Below, piece after piece: positions 39,160-51,551 of a stretch of 64,000 nucleotides of DNA. Below the pieces are notes generated by a model, which had not been told where the DNA came from, made no database searches, and saw only the letters and a list, made by a program, of their open reading frames with translations. The stretch comes from Octopus sinensis (Eukaryota), in NCBI RefSeq assembly GCF_006345805.1, contig NC_042999.1, forward strand, positions 16,120,001-16,184,000, given 5' to 3'. Made by a program: the position numbers and the translations under genes. Numbering within the stretch: position 1 is the first letter of the stretch; every line of letters starts with the position of its first letter.

Positions 39160-40472
39160 AACATGCTCACGGACACACACACACACACATGTGCACATGC
39201 ACACACGCACATACACACGTGCACATGCATGTGCAATGAGATGCACAAATACACACATGCACACACATGCATGCACAGATGCACACACACACAGACACAC
39301 AAATGCACGCACACACACCAACACACACACACACACTTACATACACACACACACTTACACACACACACACTTACACACACACACACACTTACACACACAC
39401 ACACACACTTACACACACAGACAGACACACACACACACTTACACACACACACACACGAAATGGACTTCTTTCAGTTCTCATTTACCAAATCCACTCACAA
39501 GCGTTTAGTAGGCCTAAGGCTATAATTAGAAGATATTTGTCCAAGGTACTAACTACACTGCCACACAGTGGGACTGAACCTAGAACCATCTGATTAGGAA
39601 GCAAACTTCTTACCACACAGCCATTTCTGCTTCAGGCTCCCCTGGCACCTGTGCCGGTGGCACATAAAAAGCACCCACTACACTCGCGGAGTGGTTGGCA
39701 TTAGGAAGGGCATCCAGCTGTAGAAAAACACTGCCAGATCAAACTGGAGCCTGGTGCAGCCTCCTGGCTTCCCAGACCCCGGTCGAACTGTCTAACCCGT
39801 GCTAGCGCGGAAAACGGACATTAAACGATGATGATGATGATGATGATACATATGTATTCAAAGTCATCATCATTAATATAGGTTTCGCATCTACTTTTCT
39901 GTGTCCGCATGGGTCAGAAAGAATTTGTTGAAGCAAATTTCTTTTCAGTTTGATGGCTTTCCTGTTGCAAATCTTTACCTGTTTCCAAGTAAGCTAATAT
40001 TTCACCATTGCCTGCCATGCTTATTGTCATGGAATCTTATACCCAAATGGTGCTGCTTTTATGACGGTGACACTCGTTTACAATTATAGTGTGATGTCAA
40101 GACAGGAGCCATAAACATACATGCACGTTTGTATACACACATCAACATATGTACACCTGTGCATACACACATACATTCATACGAGCATCCATACAAACAT
40201 AGATAGATACATATACATACATACATACATACATACATACATACATACATACATAAATGCCTACATACATACATTCATACATACATACATACATACATAC
40301 ATACATACATGCATACATACATACATACATACATGCCTACATACATACATTCATACATACATTCATACATACATACATACATACATGCATACATACATAC
40401 ATACATGCATACATACATACATTCTGTCTTGCTTATGCAAGTGTAAAAAAGTAGATGTTAAAACAATGATGG

Positions 40473-40530
<58 letters not shown>

Positions 40531-40547
40531 GATGGTGATGGTGATGG

Positions 40548-40582
<35 letters not shown>

Positions 40583-40760
40583 GTGATGGTGATGAAGATG
40601 GTGATGATGATGATGATGATGATGATTGATGATGATGATGATGATGATGACGGTGATGATGGCAATGGTGGTGATGATGGTGATGATGATGATGATGATG
40701 ATGATGATGGTGATAATGATGGTGATAATGATGATGATGGTGATGACAGAAATGATGATT
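39160..40760. repeat. Microsatellite blocks: (CA)n 39160-39455, (TACA)n 40200-40425, (GAT)n 40465-40760
   Basis: Directly visible; a similar (GT)n block lies at 34490-34850. Confidence 0.92.
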
Positions 40761-40909
40761 AGAACGATTAATGTGGCACGCACCATAATAAATCTGGTAC
40801 AGATTGCAAAAGAACTGATTTAAAATTCTTACATTTTATTCTTCATTCTTTATTCTTTATTCTTTATTCTTTACTGCTGATTTCGTGTACAAATTTTTTT
40901 TCTGTTTTA

Positions 40910-41048
40910 TTATCGTCTGGACTCAATAAAACATTCTAGAAAAGACTCAGTCGGAATTCCATTGTGAGTAAAAGTGTCATATGTCTTAGAAAAACGGTCA
41001 GAACGAACTCTTATATCATCGGTTTCATCATTCCGGATGTTGGCAAAA
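40910..41048 (-). CDS. Candidate terminal exon, product unknown
   Basis: 45 open codons (FANIRNDETDDIRVRSDRFSKTYDTFTHNGIPTESFLECFIESRR*) after a weak ctag acceptor. Confidence 0.2.
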
Positions 41049-41469
41049 CTAGATTATATTTTGTATGTAAGGCTAATTTTCAATCAACCTCCTTTATGAG
41101 AAAGGCTTGCTTGACCAGACAAAGTCTAAATGAAACTTCAGAAAAATTGATCTACGTGTTAAGTTGTTATTATAGAAAAACAGAAAGCAGAAAAAAAAAA
41201 AAAAAATGGTAAAAAAAAAAAAGCAAAAAGCGTGATTCAATCTTGATTCAGCAGAATGGAAAAAAAAATTATTCCTAAACTTCAATCATTTTATTGTTTT
41301 GTTGCTTTTATGCTCTTCTATTTTGATCTAAGAATTTTTGTTGATACTATGGCTGGTGGTTAAGATATAAAAATTCTCTTATTATTTAAGGAAACTGAAA
41401 ATCAGTGGGTGTTATATAGTATTATATTAGCGGCTTAGTTAAGCTTGGATAATTCCTCGGGAGAACTTG

Positions 41470-42470
41470 GTCATTACATCCATATCATCATCATCATCAT
41501 CAACATCATCATCATCAACATCATCATCATCATCATCATCATCATTGTGATTGTCGTTGCCATTGTCTCTGTCAGCATTGTCAAAGTGGTGGTCGTCATC
41601 ATCATCATTGTTGTCACTGCAACTGCCACCACCACCACCACCACCACTACTATCACCACCACCATCACAAACACAGCCACTGCCACCACCATCACCAGTG
41701 ATGCCACTGCGGCCACCACCACCACCACCACCATCACCACAACTATGATGACTGCCATGACCACAATGACAATGATGAATACCACCATGACTATGACTAC
41801 GACAATGATTTTGCCTCTGCCAACCACCACCCCTATCACCACTATTACCACCACCACCACAACCACTACCACTACCAAAATCCCCACCACCATAGCCACC
41901 ACCACCATCACCACCACCATCACCTCCACCACTGCCACTACCATCACCACCAAAACCACCAAAACCACCACCATCACCACCAAAACCACCAAAACCACCA
42001 CCATCACCACCAAAACCACCACTACCACCACCACCACCACCAAAACCACCACTACCACCACCACCACCACCAAATCCACCACCACCACCATCACCACCAC
42101 CACCACAAACAGCCACAGCCACCACCATTACCAGTGATGCCACTGCAGCCACCACCACCACTACAACTATGATGACAGTCATGACCCCGCAATGACAACC
42201 ATGACTATCACTGTGGCCACAACTATGACAACCATGGCTACAACCACCACCAACCACCACCACTACCACTATCACCATCACTGCTGTCACTGCCTCTACT
42301 GTCACTACCACTACCACAACCAACCCCACCTACCACCACCATTACACCTCCACCATTCCACCACCACCACCACAGAGCAGAAGACCAAGAGAAGTGGTCA
42401 AATCTGGTTGCCACACCTCATCATCATCATCATCATCATTATCATCATCTTAATCATCATCATCATCATC
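41470..42470. repeat. (ATC)/(ACC) cryptic simple repeat with internal duplications
   Basis: 27-bp ACCAAAACC units and a ~110-bp diverged direct repeat about 440 bp apart. Confidence 0.9.
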
Positions 42471-43046
42471 ATTTAACGTCTGCTTTTTAATTTTTCTGTG
42501 GGTCGAACAGACTTTGAGGAGGCAAATTTTTTTATGGCCAGATTCCTGTTCCTGCCATCAACCTTCACCTGTTTCAAAGCAAAGTAATATGTCACCTTGA
42601 CCAGACATGATTTTCACAGAAGACTAGAGACAAACAGCATGGCTTCTACTATGATGATGCTCATTTGCAATCATCTCATAATATCAAGGCAAGTGTGTGT
42701 ATACACCACACACACACATACACACACACTCACACACACACATACATACACACACATAGATGCAGATTCTTCTACTTGTTTCAGAAATTTAACTGCGGCC
42801 ATGCTGGAGCACCGCCTTGAAGGGTTTTAGTTGAACAAATCGACTGCAGGACTTATTTTTTCAACCCCTAGTACATATTCTATTGGTCTCTTTGGACAAA
42901 CTGCTAAGTTACGGGGATGTAAACACACCAACACTGGTTGCCAAGCAGTGATGGAGGCACAGACAAACACAGATACAAAGACACACACACATTAATATAT
43001 ACATACACACACACATACACAATCACATATATAGAAGAAGAATGTC

Positions 43047-43389
43047 TATAATTATGAACAAGTCACAATTATAACTAAGAGGATCTCAAAACCCTTACAT
43101 GTTTAGAAATAGCAGTCAAAACTGCTATAAAGCCATGTACAGGAATATTCCCCTGACGAGACGAATGGATCCCATAATAGAACCCTAATGTTGAAATTGC
43201 TGTAGGGAATTAACCAGTTATTTTCAAGTTGTGGATTCTATTTGTCATGTCCCTGTAGACAGTTTTTATCGTGAAGAGAAATAATATGAGTGGTTTAAAT
43301 GGCTTTGTAGTGGTTTTGACTGCTATTTATAAACATGTAGGGGTTTTTGAAACCCACTTAGTTATTATTGTGACTTGTTTGTAATTATA
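43047..43389. mobile_element. Fold-back PLE remnant with ~90-bp diverged arms
   Basis: Arms at 43047-43136 and 43297-43389 enclose the hammerhead at 43147-43210. Confidence 0.7.
43147..43210 (+). ncRNA. Decayed type I hammerhead in the loop of a fold-back element
   Basis: AUUCCC-CUGACGA-GAC...GUU-GAAA-uugcug-UA-GGGAAU; stem I is perfect, stem III is mutated. Confidence 0.6.
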
Positions 43390-43988
43390 AACATTTTTCT
43401 TCTATGTATTTTATGTTTGGACATTGACATATTTATAAATAATTATTAATTCTTCATAATATATCCTCCATAATGTATTTTTACATTACTTTTTAAAGAT
43501 ATATATATTAACCTTGATATATATTTCTTTACTACTCACAAGGGGCTAGACACAGAGGGGACTAACAAGGACAGACAAAGGGATTAAGTCGATTATATCG
43601 ACCCCAGTGCATAAATGGTACTTAATTTAACCACCCCGAGAGGATGAAAGGTAAAGTCGACCTTGGCGGAATTTGAACTCGGAACGTAACGACAGACAAA
43701 ATACGGCTATGCATTTCGCCCGGCGTGCTAATGTTTCTGCCAGCTCGCCGCCTTATATTAACCTTGATATAGATTGCTAGCTTCTGAACCTTTTTCTTAT
43801 TTTGCTACTTTTCCTCCCTGTTTATTTCTGTGTTCCTTTCTGTTGAAGAGCATAGGAGCATAGGCTCGAAACATAAAAGTCTTTCTCACTTCCCAAGTGT
43901 TGAACTAATACATCTGTTTGTTGTTTACACACCCGTCTTCCTCTTTTGTTTCTTTTGTAAATTCTCATCATATATATATATAAGTATA

Positions 43989-44011
<23 letters not shown>

Positions 44012-44023
<12 letters not shown>

Positions 44024-44274
44024 AATGATTGTATATATAATCATTTCACCATACTGACATCTACAAGTGTTTATTTCATTCTCTCTTTATTTTCTCTTAT
44101 TCCCTTCCTGTTGAAGAGCGTAGGCTTGAAACGTAAAAGACTTTTTCATTTTTCCTGAATGTCAAACTAATACACTTGCTTGCTGTTCGTACACCTGTCT
44201 TCATATTTTGCTTTTCCATAAATTTCAAATATATATATATATAGGTGTGTGTGTGCGTATGGTGTGTGCGTATG

Positions 44275-44305
<31 letters not shown>

Positions 44306-44573
44306 TGTGTATATATATGCAATGATTGTATATATAATCATTTCACCATACTGACATCTACAAGTGTTTATTTCATTCTCTCTTTATTTTCTCTTATTCC
44401 CTTCCTGTTGAAGAGCGTAGGCTTGAAACGTAAAAGACTTTTTCATTTTTCCTGAATGTCAAACTAATACACTTGCTTGCTGTTCGTACACCTGTCTTCA
44501 TATTTTGCTTTTCCATAAATTTCAAATATATATATATATATATATAGGTGTGTGTGTGCGTATGCGTGTGTGC

Positions 44574-44606
<33 letters not shown>
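44012..44606. repeat. 297-bp tandem duplication; diverged third unit at 43770-43975
   Basis: The non-microsatellite parts appear identical at a 297-bp period. Confidence 0.9.
44104..44139 (+). ncRNA. Minimal hammerhead-like motif with variant core CUGUUGA (other copies 43836-43879, 44401-44436)
   Basis: cuuc-CUGUUGA-A-GAGC guag GCUU-GAAA-CGU-A^-AAAG; U replaces A6 in all three copies. Confidence 0.55.
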
Positions 44607-44610
<4 letters not shown>

Positions 44611-45213
44611 CGATAGGCTTCTTTCAGTTTCTGTCTACCAAATCCACCCACAAGGATTTGGTGGGTCTGAGGCTGTAGTAGAAGACACTTGTCCAAAGTG
44701 TCATGCATTGGAACTGAACCCAGAACCATATGATTGGGAAGGAAGCTTCTTACCACACTGTCACACCTGCACCTATATATATATATATATACATACACAC
44801 ACACACACAAATATATATATAAAGAAGTGCCTATATATATATTAACGGGTTTCTTTCAAATTCTCTCTACCAAATCCATTTACAAGGCTCTGGTCTGCCC
44901 AGGGCTATAACAGAAAACGTGTGCATAATGTGTTATACACTAAGACTGGAACTGATCTTAGACGACATGATTGGGAACCCAGTTTCTTAACCACACAGCC
45001 ATGCTTGCACCTGCATCAGTGGTCTGGCTTTCATGTAATTTCCAATGGCCAAATTACATTCACTTCATTTTCAACAAACCTGAGGCTATCAAAGAAAACA
45101 TTTTTTCTTCACTCAAGATACTCTGCAAAGAGATCAAACTCAGAAACAAACTTCTTAATCACACACATTCATCTATGACATATATATGTCTGTGTGTGTG
45201 TATACATACATAC

Positions 45214-45516
45214 ATCACGTGATCACGTGACCGACCAGGCTATCAGATGTTGCTACACATCGCTGGTCACAATGCGCTTCGCATTGTTTTTTAGCCTTTA
45301 AATGACGCCACCCCGCTGGCTAAGCGAGCAGGCCAACAGAAGAAAGAGTGAGAGAAAGTTGCGGCGAAAGAGTACAGCAGGGATCGCCACCATCCCCTGC
45401 CGGAGCCTCGTGGAGCTATAGGTGTTTTCGCTCAATAAACACTCACAACGCCCGGTCTGGGAATCGAAACCGCGATCCTACAACCACGAGTCCGCTGCCC
45501 TAACCACTGCGCCTCC
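45214..45516 (-). mobile_element. tRNA-derived SINE family D
   Basis: Head with GGTTTCGATTCCC B box; tail ...GGTCGGTCACGTGATCACGTGAT. Other copies at 49505-49800 (+) and 47945-48200 (-). Confidence 0.85.
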
Positions 45517-45531
45517 ACACATACATACATA

Positions 45532-45563
<32 letters not shown>

Positions 45564-45772
45564 GCATACATATATATATGTATATGTATATCTATCTATC
45601 TATCTATCTATCTATCTACATATAAGAGGGATGACCACTTCATGGACATCCATTATGTTAGAAGTAGATCCACGATGGTCTTGCCACGAAGAAAGGAATG
45701 TTCTCAAGAAAATTTAGCAAATGCCAGAACGTAAGCGAGCAAGACAAATGAAAAGAAACAAAATATAGATTA

Positions 45773-45845
45773 ATCATAAACTAGTTTCACTATTAACACT
45801 TACACAAAATTACTTACATAATTGCCCGTAGCTCATCAGTATGAT
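45773..45845 (-). ncRNA. Type I hammerhead with extended stem II
   Basis: AUCAUA-CUGAUGA-GCUA...UAGU-GAAA-CUAG-UU^-UAUGAU; same architecture as 32984-33065 with compensatory stems I and III. Confidence 0.82.
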
Positions 45846-46502
45846 CGTCATTGCAAATATAATTTGCAGAATTATACATGAGACGTCCATATGAGATTCA
45901 ACATGTATACAGTTCTACCAATTATATATATATATGTGACAAGTTTCTTTCAGTTTCCATCTAGCAAATCCACTTACAAGGCTCTAGTTGGCCCAAGGCT
46001 ATAATAGAAGACACTTGTGCAAAGTGCCATGCAGTGGGACTGAGCCTGGAACCATGTGATTGGAAGCAAGCTTCTTACCACTCAACCACTCCTGCACCTA
46101 TATATATATATATAAAACTTATCAAACTTTATTCTACATTGGAAAAAATCGTTTATTTTTGAACTGTACTAATAAACCTACATAGATACAAAAATTGATA
46201 AATATACTTTAGATATTCTGCTATAATTTTAGTTTGCACTATTAAAATTTAGTCTACGAGAATATATTTAAAGATCATTAAATTCATTACATACACATAA
46301 TTCTATAATTGGGATAATTTTCATTAAAATTGAGAGTATTTTATAATTTAATTTGTGTGACATTATATCGAAAGAAAAATATTATTTTCATGTTTTACTT
46401 GTCAGATTAGTGCATGAAAAACTGACAGAACAGATTCTATACAGAACTAATCTGTTTTGTTTTTTAGTTTGGTTTTTACCAAACTATATAATATTCTTTT
46501 CT

Positions 46503-47390
46503 ACTCTAGGCACAAGGCCAGAAATTTTGGGGGAGGGGGACTACTCGATTACATCGACCTCAGTGCGTAACTGGTACTTAATTTATCGACTCCAAAATGA
46601 TGAAAGGCAAAGTCAACCTCGGTGGAATTTGAACTCAGAACATAAAGACAGACGAAATATCGCTAAGCATTTCACACGGCGTGCTAATGTTTCTGCTAGC
46701 TCACCACTTAATTATTCTTCCTTACTCTAGGCACAAGGTCTGAAATTTTGGAGAAGGGCGCCTGTCAATAAGATTGATCCCAGTACACAACTGGTACTTA
46801 ATTTATCAACCCTGAAAGGATGATAGGCAAAGTCGACCTTGGCGTAATTTTAACTCAGAACATAAAGACAGTCGAAATATTGCTAAGCATTTTGCTCGGC
46901 ATGCTAGCATTTCTGCCAGCTTGCCACTTTAAGCTATATAATATTATTTGTATGGATTTTACCGATTCTTTACAGCTCTAGACAAGAAAATATCGATTTC
47001 AAATTTTGGCACAACACCAGCAATTTCTGGGGTGAAAAAAGATCGATTACACCAACTCCAGTGATCAACTGGTACTTATTTCATCAAACCAGAAAGGATG
47101 AGTGGCCAAGTTGACCATGATAGCATTTGAACCCAGAATGTAAATGCATCAAAGCATTTGCCCAGCAAGCTAACAGTTCTGTCAGTTCACCATCTTAGAC
47201 AAGAGAAATAATATTAATTTCAAATTTTGGCACAAAGCCAGCAGATTCAGGGCAGAGGGTAAGTCAATTATGTCAACCCCAATACTTAACTGGTACTTAC
47301 TTCATTGACCCTGAAAGGATGAAAGGATGAAAGGCAAAGTCAACCTTGATGGCATTTGAACTCAGAATGTAAAGACTGACAAAATACCAC
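46503..47390 (-). mobile_element. Cluster of four co-oriented family B SINEs
   Basis: Copies at about 46503-46710, 46725-46930, 46995-47195 and 47215-47385, mutually diverged. Confidence 0.8.
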
Positions 47391-49985
47391 TATGCATGCT
47401 CGTGCACATGTACATGTGCACACACACACACACACACACACACAGACCCACACACATGCACACACACACACACACACACACAACACACACACACACATGG
47501 ACACAGACACAAACACACAAACACACACACATACACACATACACACTCACATGCACATGATGGGCTTCTTTCAGTTTCTGTCTACCAAATCCACCCTCCA
47601 GGCTTCTTGTGGAAGACACTTACCTAAGGTGCCATGCATTAGGACTGAACCAAGAACCATGTGGTTAGGAAGCAGACTTCTTACCACACTCACTAAGACT
47701 GAAAGAGATTTGGCTGCTCTTTCTTCCAGTTTGAGTGACTACAAAAGAGCTTCTTCTTTGATTGAGTAATTATAACTGACTGGACAGAAGTGACAGAATG
47801 CATAATTATTAAGTGATTCGTTAACTTGTAGGGTTCTCAAATTGGCTGAGAAAAGGAAAGAAAGGGTCATTGAAATATATTCAGCTTTTAAAAGTCTTAA
47901 AGATTTTATATGAGAGGTTAACCATGTTGAATATCACAGTATCATGGTATTGACCAGACTATCAGATATTGTTATATATCACTGGTCACAATGCGCTTCA
48001 CATTGTTTTAGCCTTTGAATGATGCTTCCCCACTGGCTAGATAAACAGATCAACCATCCTCCTGACCGGAGGAGAAGCCTCGATGCAGTCACTCAAGCTA
48101 TTCTGTCAGAGAGTTACCGGTTTACAGCTTAATGGACAGTAACAACCTGAAATAAAATATTTTGTCCATGAATACAACGCACCACCCAGTCTGGGAATTA
48201 AACCCACGATCTTATTTCTTTACTGCCCACAACAGGTGGGCAGTAAACAGGTGTTGGTGTGTTTATGTCCCTCTTACCTAGCAGTTCAGCAAAAGAGATT
48301 CACAGAATAAGTGCTAGTTTTTTCCAAAAAAGAATATGTACCGGGGCCAATTTGATTGACTGAAATTCTTCAACTCAGTGCCCCAGCATGGCCACAGTCT
48401 AATGACTGAAACAAGTAAAAGATAGAAAGATAAAAGGCAAATACTATCTTTTACTTGAAGATAGGAGATATTATTGGGCAAGCGTCTTCTGCTATATTGT
48501 TTATTAAGTCAATTATATCGACCCCAGTGTGTAACTGGTACTTATTTAATCGACCCCGAAAGGATGAAAGGCAAAGTCAACCTCGGCAGAATTTGAACTC
48601 AGAACATAGTGGCAGGCGAAATACCAGTAAGCATTTCACCCAGCATGCTAACAATTCTGCCAGCTTGCCACCTAGATTGAACCCACAATCCACCAACTTT
48701 GAGTGCAACATCCTCACATGTTGAATATACTAACTTTAAAAAAAAAATTGAGATCAAATGAATTATATAACTTTAACTTCTAGAAAGAATGCAAAAACAA
48801 GTAATATTTTAACTAGTTCTTGATTGCAGTTGACACTCTTGCTGTCTACTAACATAATATTATTAAAAAAATAAGTTTTATAGCATCTTTAATAAGAACT
48901 GTCATATCTTTCTCATTTCTATTTAGTTTAATATAATTTCTAGCATTTAATATATTGATTTACTGAAAGATATCACTTTGACTTCCGACAGAAACTATAT
49001 CAACCGTGCTTCAGTAACAAACACGCTTAGCCTGGACATAATGATGATTCTGTTTGTCTTTGCAAAAGACATAATTTATCATAATTGTGTCACATTTTAT
49101 CATTTACAGAGACAGTGGTTATCGATATTGAGAGAAACTTTCGTAATAATAAAAAGCAGCAAGTTTGGGATATCATTTCAAGTAGAAAATATCACTTTGT
49201 GTTTTTTTTTGTTTTTGTTTTATTTTACTTTTGTATTTTTTTTCTACATACATCTACATTCCAGTAATATGATATATAAATAATATGATGTTTTGTTTAA
49301 TATAAGCTGGCATTACCTCAGTTTAATAGAAGCAGTAAAGATTTCTTAATAAGGTACTGAAGCTCTAGATCACTATTAATGCTGAACTGGCATTCATTGG
49401 TCTGAGAAAAAGAGAATCAAGAAGTCAGATACAGTCGTATTGATTTTGATCCTAATCACATCGAACCCGCCTTATAAATAAGCCACGACTATATAGGTAA
49501 ATGTGAAGGCGCAATGACCCAGTGGTTTGGGTAGCGGACTCATGGTTGTAGGATCGCAGTTTCGATTCCCAGACTGGGCGTTGTGAGTGTTTATTGATTA
49601 AAAACACCTAAAGTTTCACGAGGCTCCGGCAGGGAGTGGTGGCGATCCCTGCTGTACTCATTCGCCACAATTTTCCCTCACTCTTTCTTCTGTTGGCCTG
49701 CTTGCTTAGCCAGTGGGGTGGTGTCATTTGAAGGCTTAAACAATGCAAGGCACATTGTGACCAGCGATGTGTAGCGACATCTGATAGCCTGGTCGGTCAT
49801 GGTTGTCTCGGTGATATAGGTAACTATACAATAGCCAGATGTGGCTGTGTGGTAAGAAGCTTGCTTCTCAACCATATGGTTCTGGGTTCAGTCCCACTGT
49901 GTGGCACCTTGGGCAAGTGTCTTCTTCTATAGTGTCGAGCTAACTGAAATCTTGTAGACAGGACCTGATAGAAGCCTGTCGTATA

Positions 49986-50140
49986 TACAAGTGTGAGTCA
50001 AAAAGTAATGCCATGTTGTTTAGGACAGGTATAATTACCAATACAGGAATATGTATCATACATCAAAATGAAGCTGGTCCACTGTGGATCACATCTCTAC
50101 TTCTCAACATAGTCACTGTTTCTCTCAATAGCAATGTTCC
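49986..50140 (+). mobile_element. Mariner-like 5' end fragment
   Basis: TA-CAAGTGTGAGTCAAAAAGTAATGCC resembles mariner TIRs; no partner TIR seen. Confidence 0.45.
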
Positions 50141-50142
50141 TC

Positions 50143-50585
50143 TAAGCTGATGACCTTGTTCTTATAGCTGAATCACTACCAGAACCAGAGAAGAAGTTTC
50201 AGGTGTGGAAGTAAGTTCAAGAATTGAAGGGACTTAGAGTCAATCTAGCAAGAACTAAAGTCTTAGTAAGTAGGAAGGTGTACAAATCACAAAACACTTC
50301 AAGTAGATGGCCCTGCTCAATATGTAGAAAAGGCATAGGAAGACACCCCATAAGATGTACCCAGTGTAAGTTATGGACACTTAAAAGGTGCAGCAATATC
50401 AGAGGAAGGTTTTCCAGGAAGATAGTTTTGTCTGTGGAAGGTGCCCAAGTACAATAACCACCAAAATGTACAGAAAATAGATTCTATCACATGCCAGGGG
50501 GTAAGACTAGAAGTAATCAATAGTTTCCATTACCTAGATGACCAAGTCAGTAGCAGGAGTGGATGTTCTGAGAGCATGGCCACAA
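50143..50585 (+). mobile_element. RTE-clade LINE reverse-transcriptase fragment (decayed)
   Basis: ADDLVLIAES...GLRVNLARTKVLVS...CSICRKG...CTQCKLW.LKRC...SFHYL; RT motif 5-7 region with a Cys-rich insert. Confidence 0.88.
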
Positions 50586-51045
50586 TCGGTTGGTGTTTTT
50601 TACATGCCACCGGCACGGAAGCTGGCCAAGGTGGCGCTGGCATCAGCCACGTTTGGATGGTGCTTTTTACGTGCCACTGGCACAGGTACCACGGCTACAA
50701 TTTCCATTTGATTTTTATTTTGATGTTGATGTCCTTGACTCAATAGGCCTCCTCAAGCACAGCAGGTCACCCTATGATCCAAGGTAAGCATAGCAGGCCG
50801 TCCTGTGATCCAAGGTACTTTGAATGGGCTGGGGCTAGTTGTGTGAAGCTTGTGTAGGATACAGCCATGAACTCACTTTATTTGCCGGGTCTTTGCAGTC
50901 ACAGCATATCTCCAGAGGTCTCGGTCTTTCATCATTGCCTCTGTGAGGCCCAATGTTTGAAGGTCATGCTTGACCACCTCATCCCATGTCTTCCTGGGTC
51001 TATCTCTACCTCGGATTCCTTCAACTGCTGGGGTGTGGCTTCGTG
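50586..51045 (-). mobile_element. RTE LINE ORF2 C-terminus and start of 3' UTR
   Basis: RGRDRPRKTWDEVVKHDL...DRDLWR* followed by GTGCCGGTGGCACGTAAAAAGCACC-type repeats. Confidence 0.88.
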
Positions 51046-51170
51046 TATAATTTTTATATACACACACACATATATATATACATACATACACACATACACA
51101 CATACATACATACATACATACATACATACATACATACATACATACATACATACATACATACATACATACA

Positions 51171-51551
51171 TCTCTATATATATAAAGCTGAAGTTGTTGG
51201 TGTATGGCAGGTTTGGTAGCCTTCAACTGACACTATCTCCTCTGAGGCCCTGCAGTGCAAGTTGACCAAAATTGATACTATGATAAAAGGCTTCCTCTTC
51301 CTTCCATAGAAGAAAAAATTCAAATCGGACCATGTTAACACCAAAAATTATTTACATCAAAAAGATGCTTTTTTTTCTATGAAAATCCCTATTTTTTACA
51401 ATTTTTTGACTGCTGTGTCGTCATTTTTCTGTGTATTTCAACCAGAAAAATGTTCACTTAAAGAGAATAACAAGCTACATAATGCAAAATTTTTACTTTT
51501 CAAAAATTCCAATTCTAAACAAACCCAAGCAACGCCTGGCGATACTGCTAG
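51171..51551 (+). mobile_element. Non-autonomous Helitron, same family
   Basis: A|TCTCTATATATAAAG...hairpin...CTAG|T. Confidence 0.85.

Noticed and set aside
40995-41036. Box C (ATGATGA) and box D (CTGA) with a 3-bp terminal stem on the minus strand
   Set aside because: Only 23 nt between the boxes, and no recognisable rRNA complementarity.
41439-42329. GGF-rich (-) and Thr-rich mucin-like (+) ORFs
   Set aside because: (ACC)n-derived repeat with no supporting splice or start context.
45440-45516. tRNA-like cloverleaf segments (also 5930-6004, 18081-18155, 59533-59605)
   Set aside because: These are SINE heads continuing into SINE bodies, with no intact acceptor stem.
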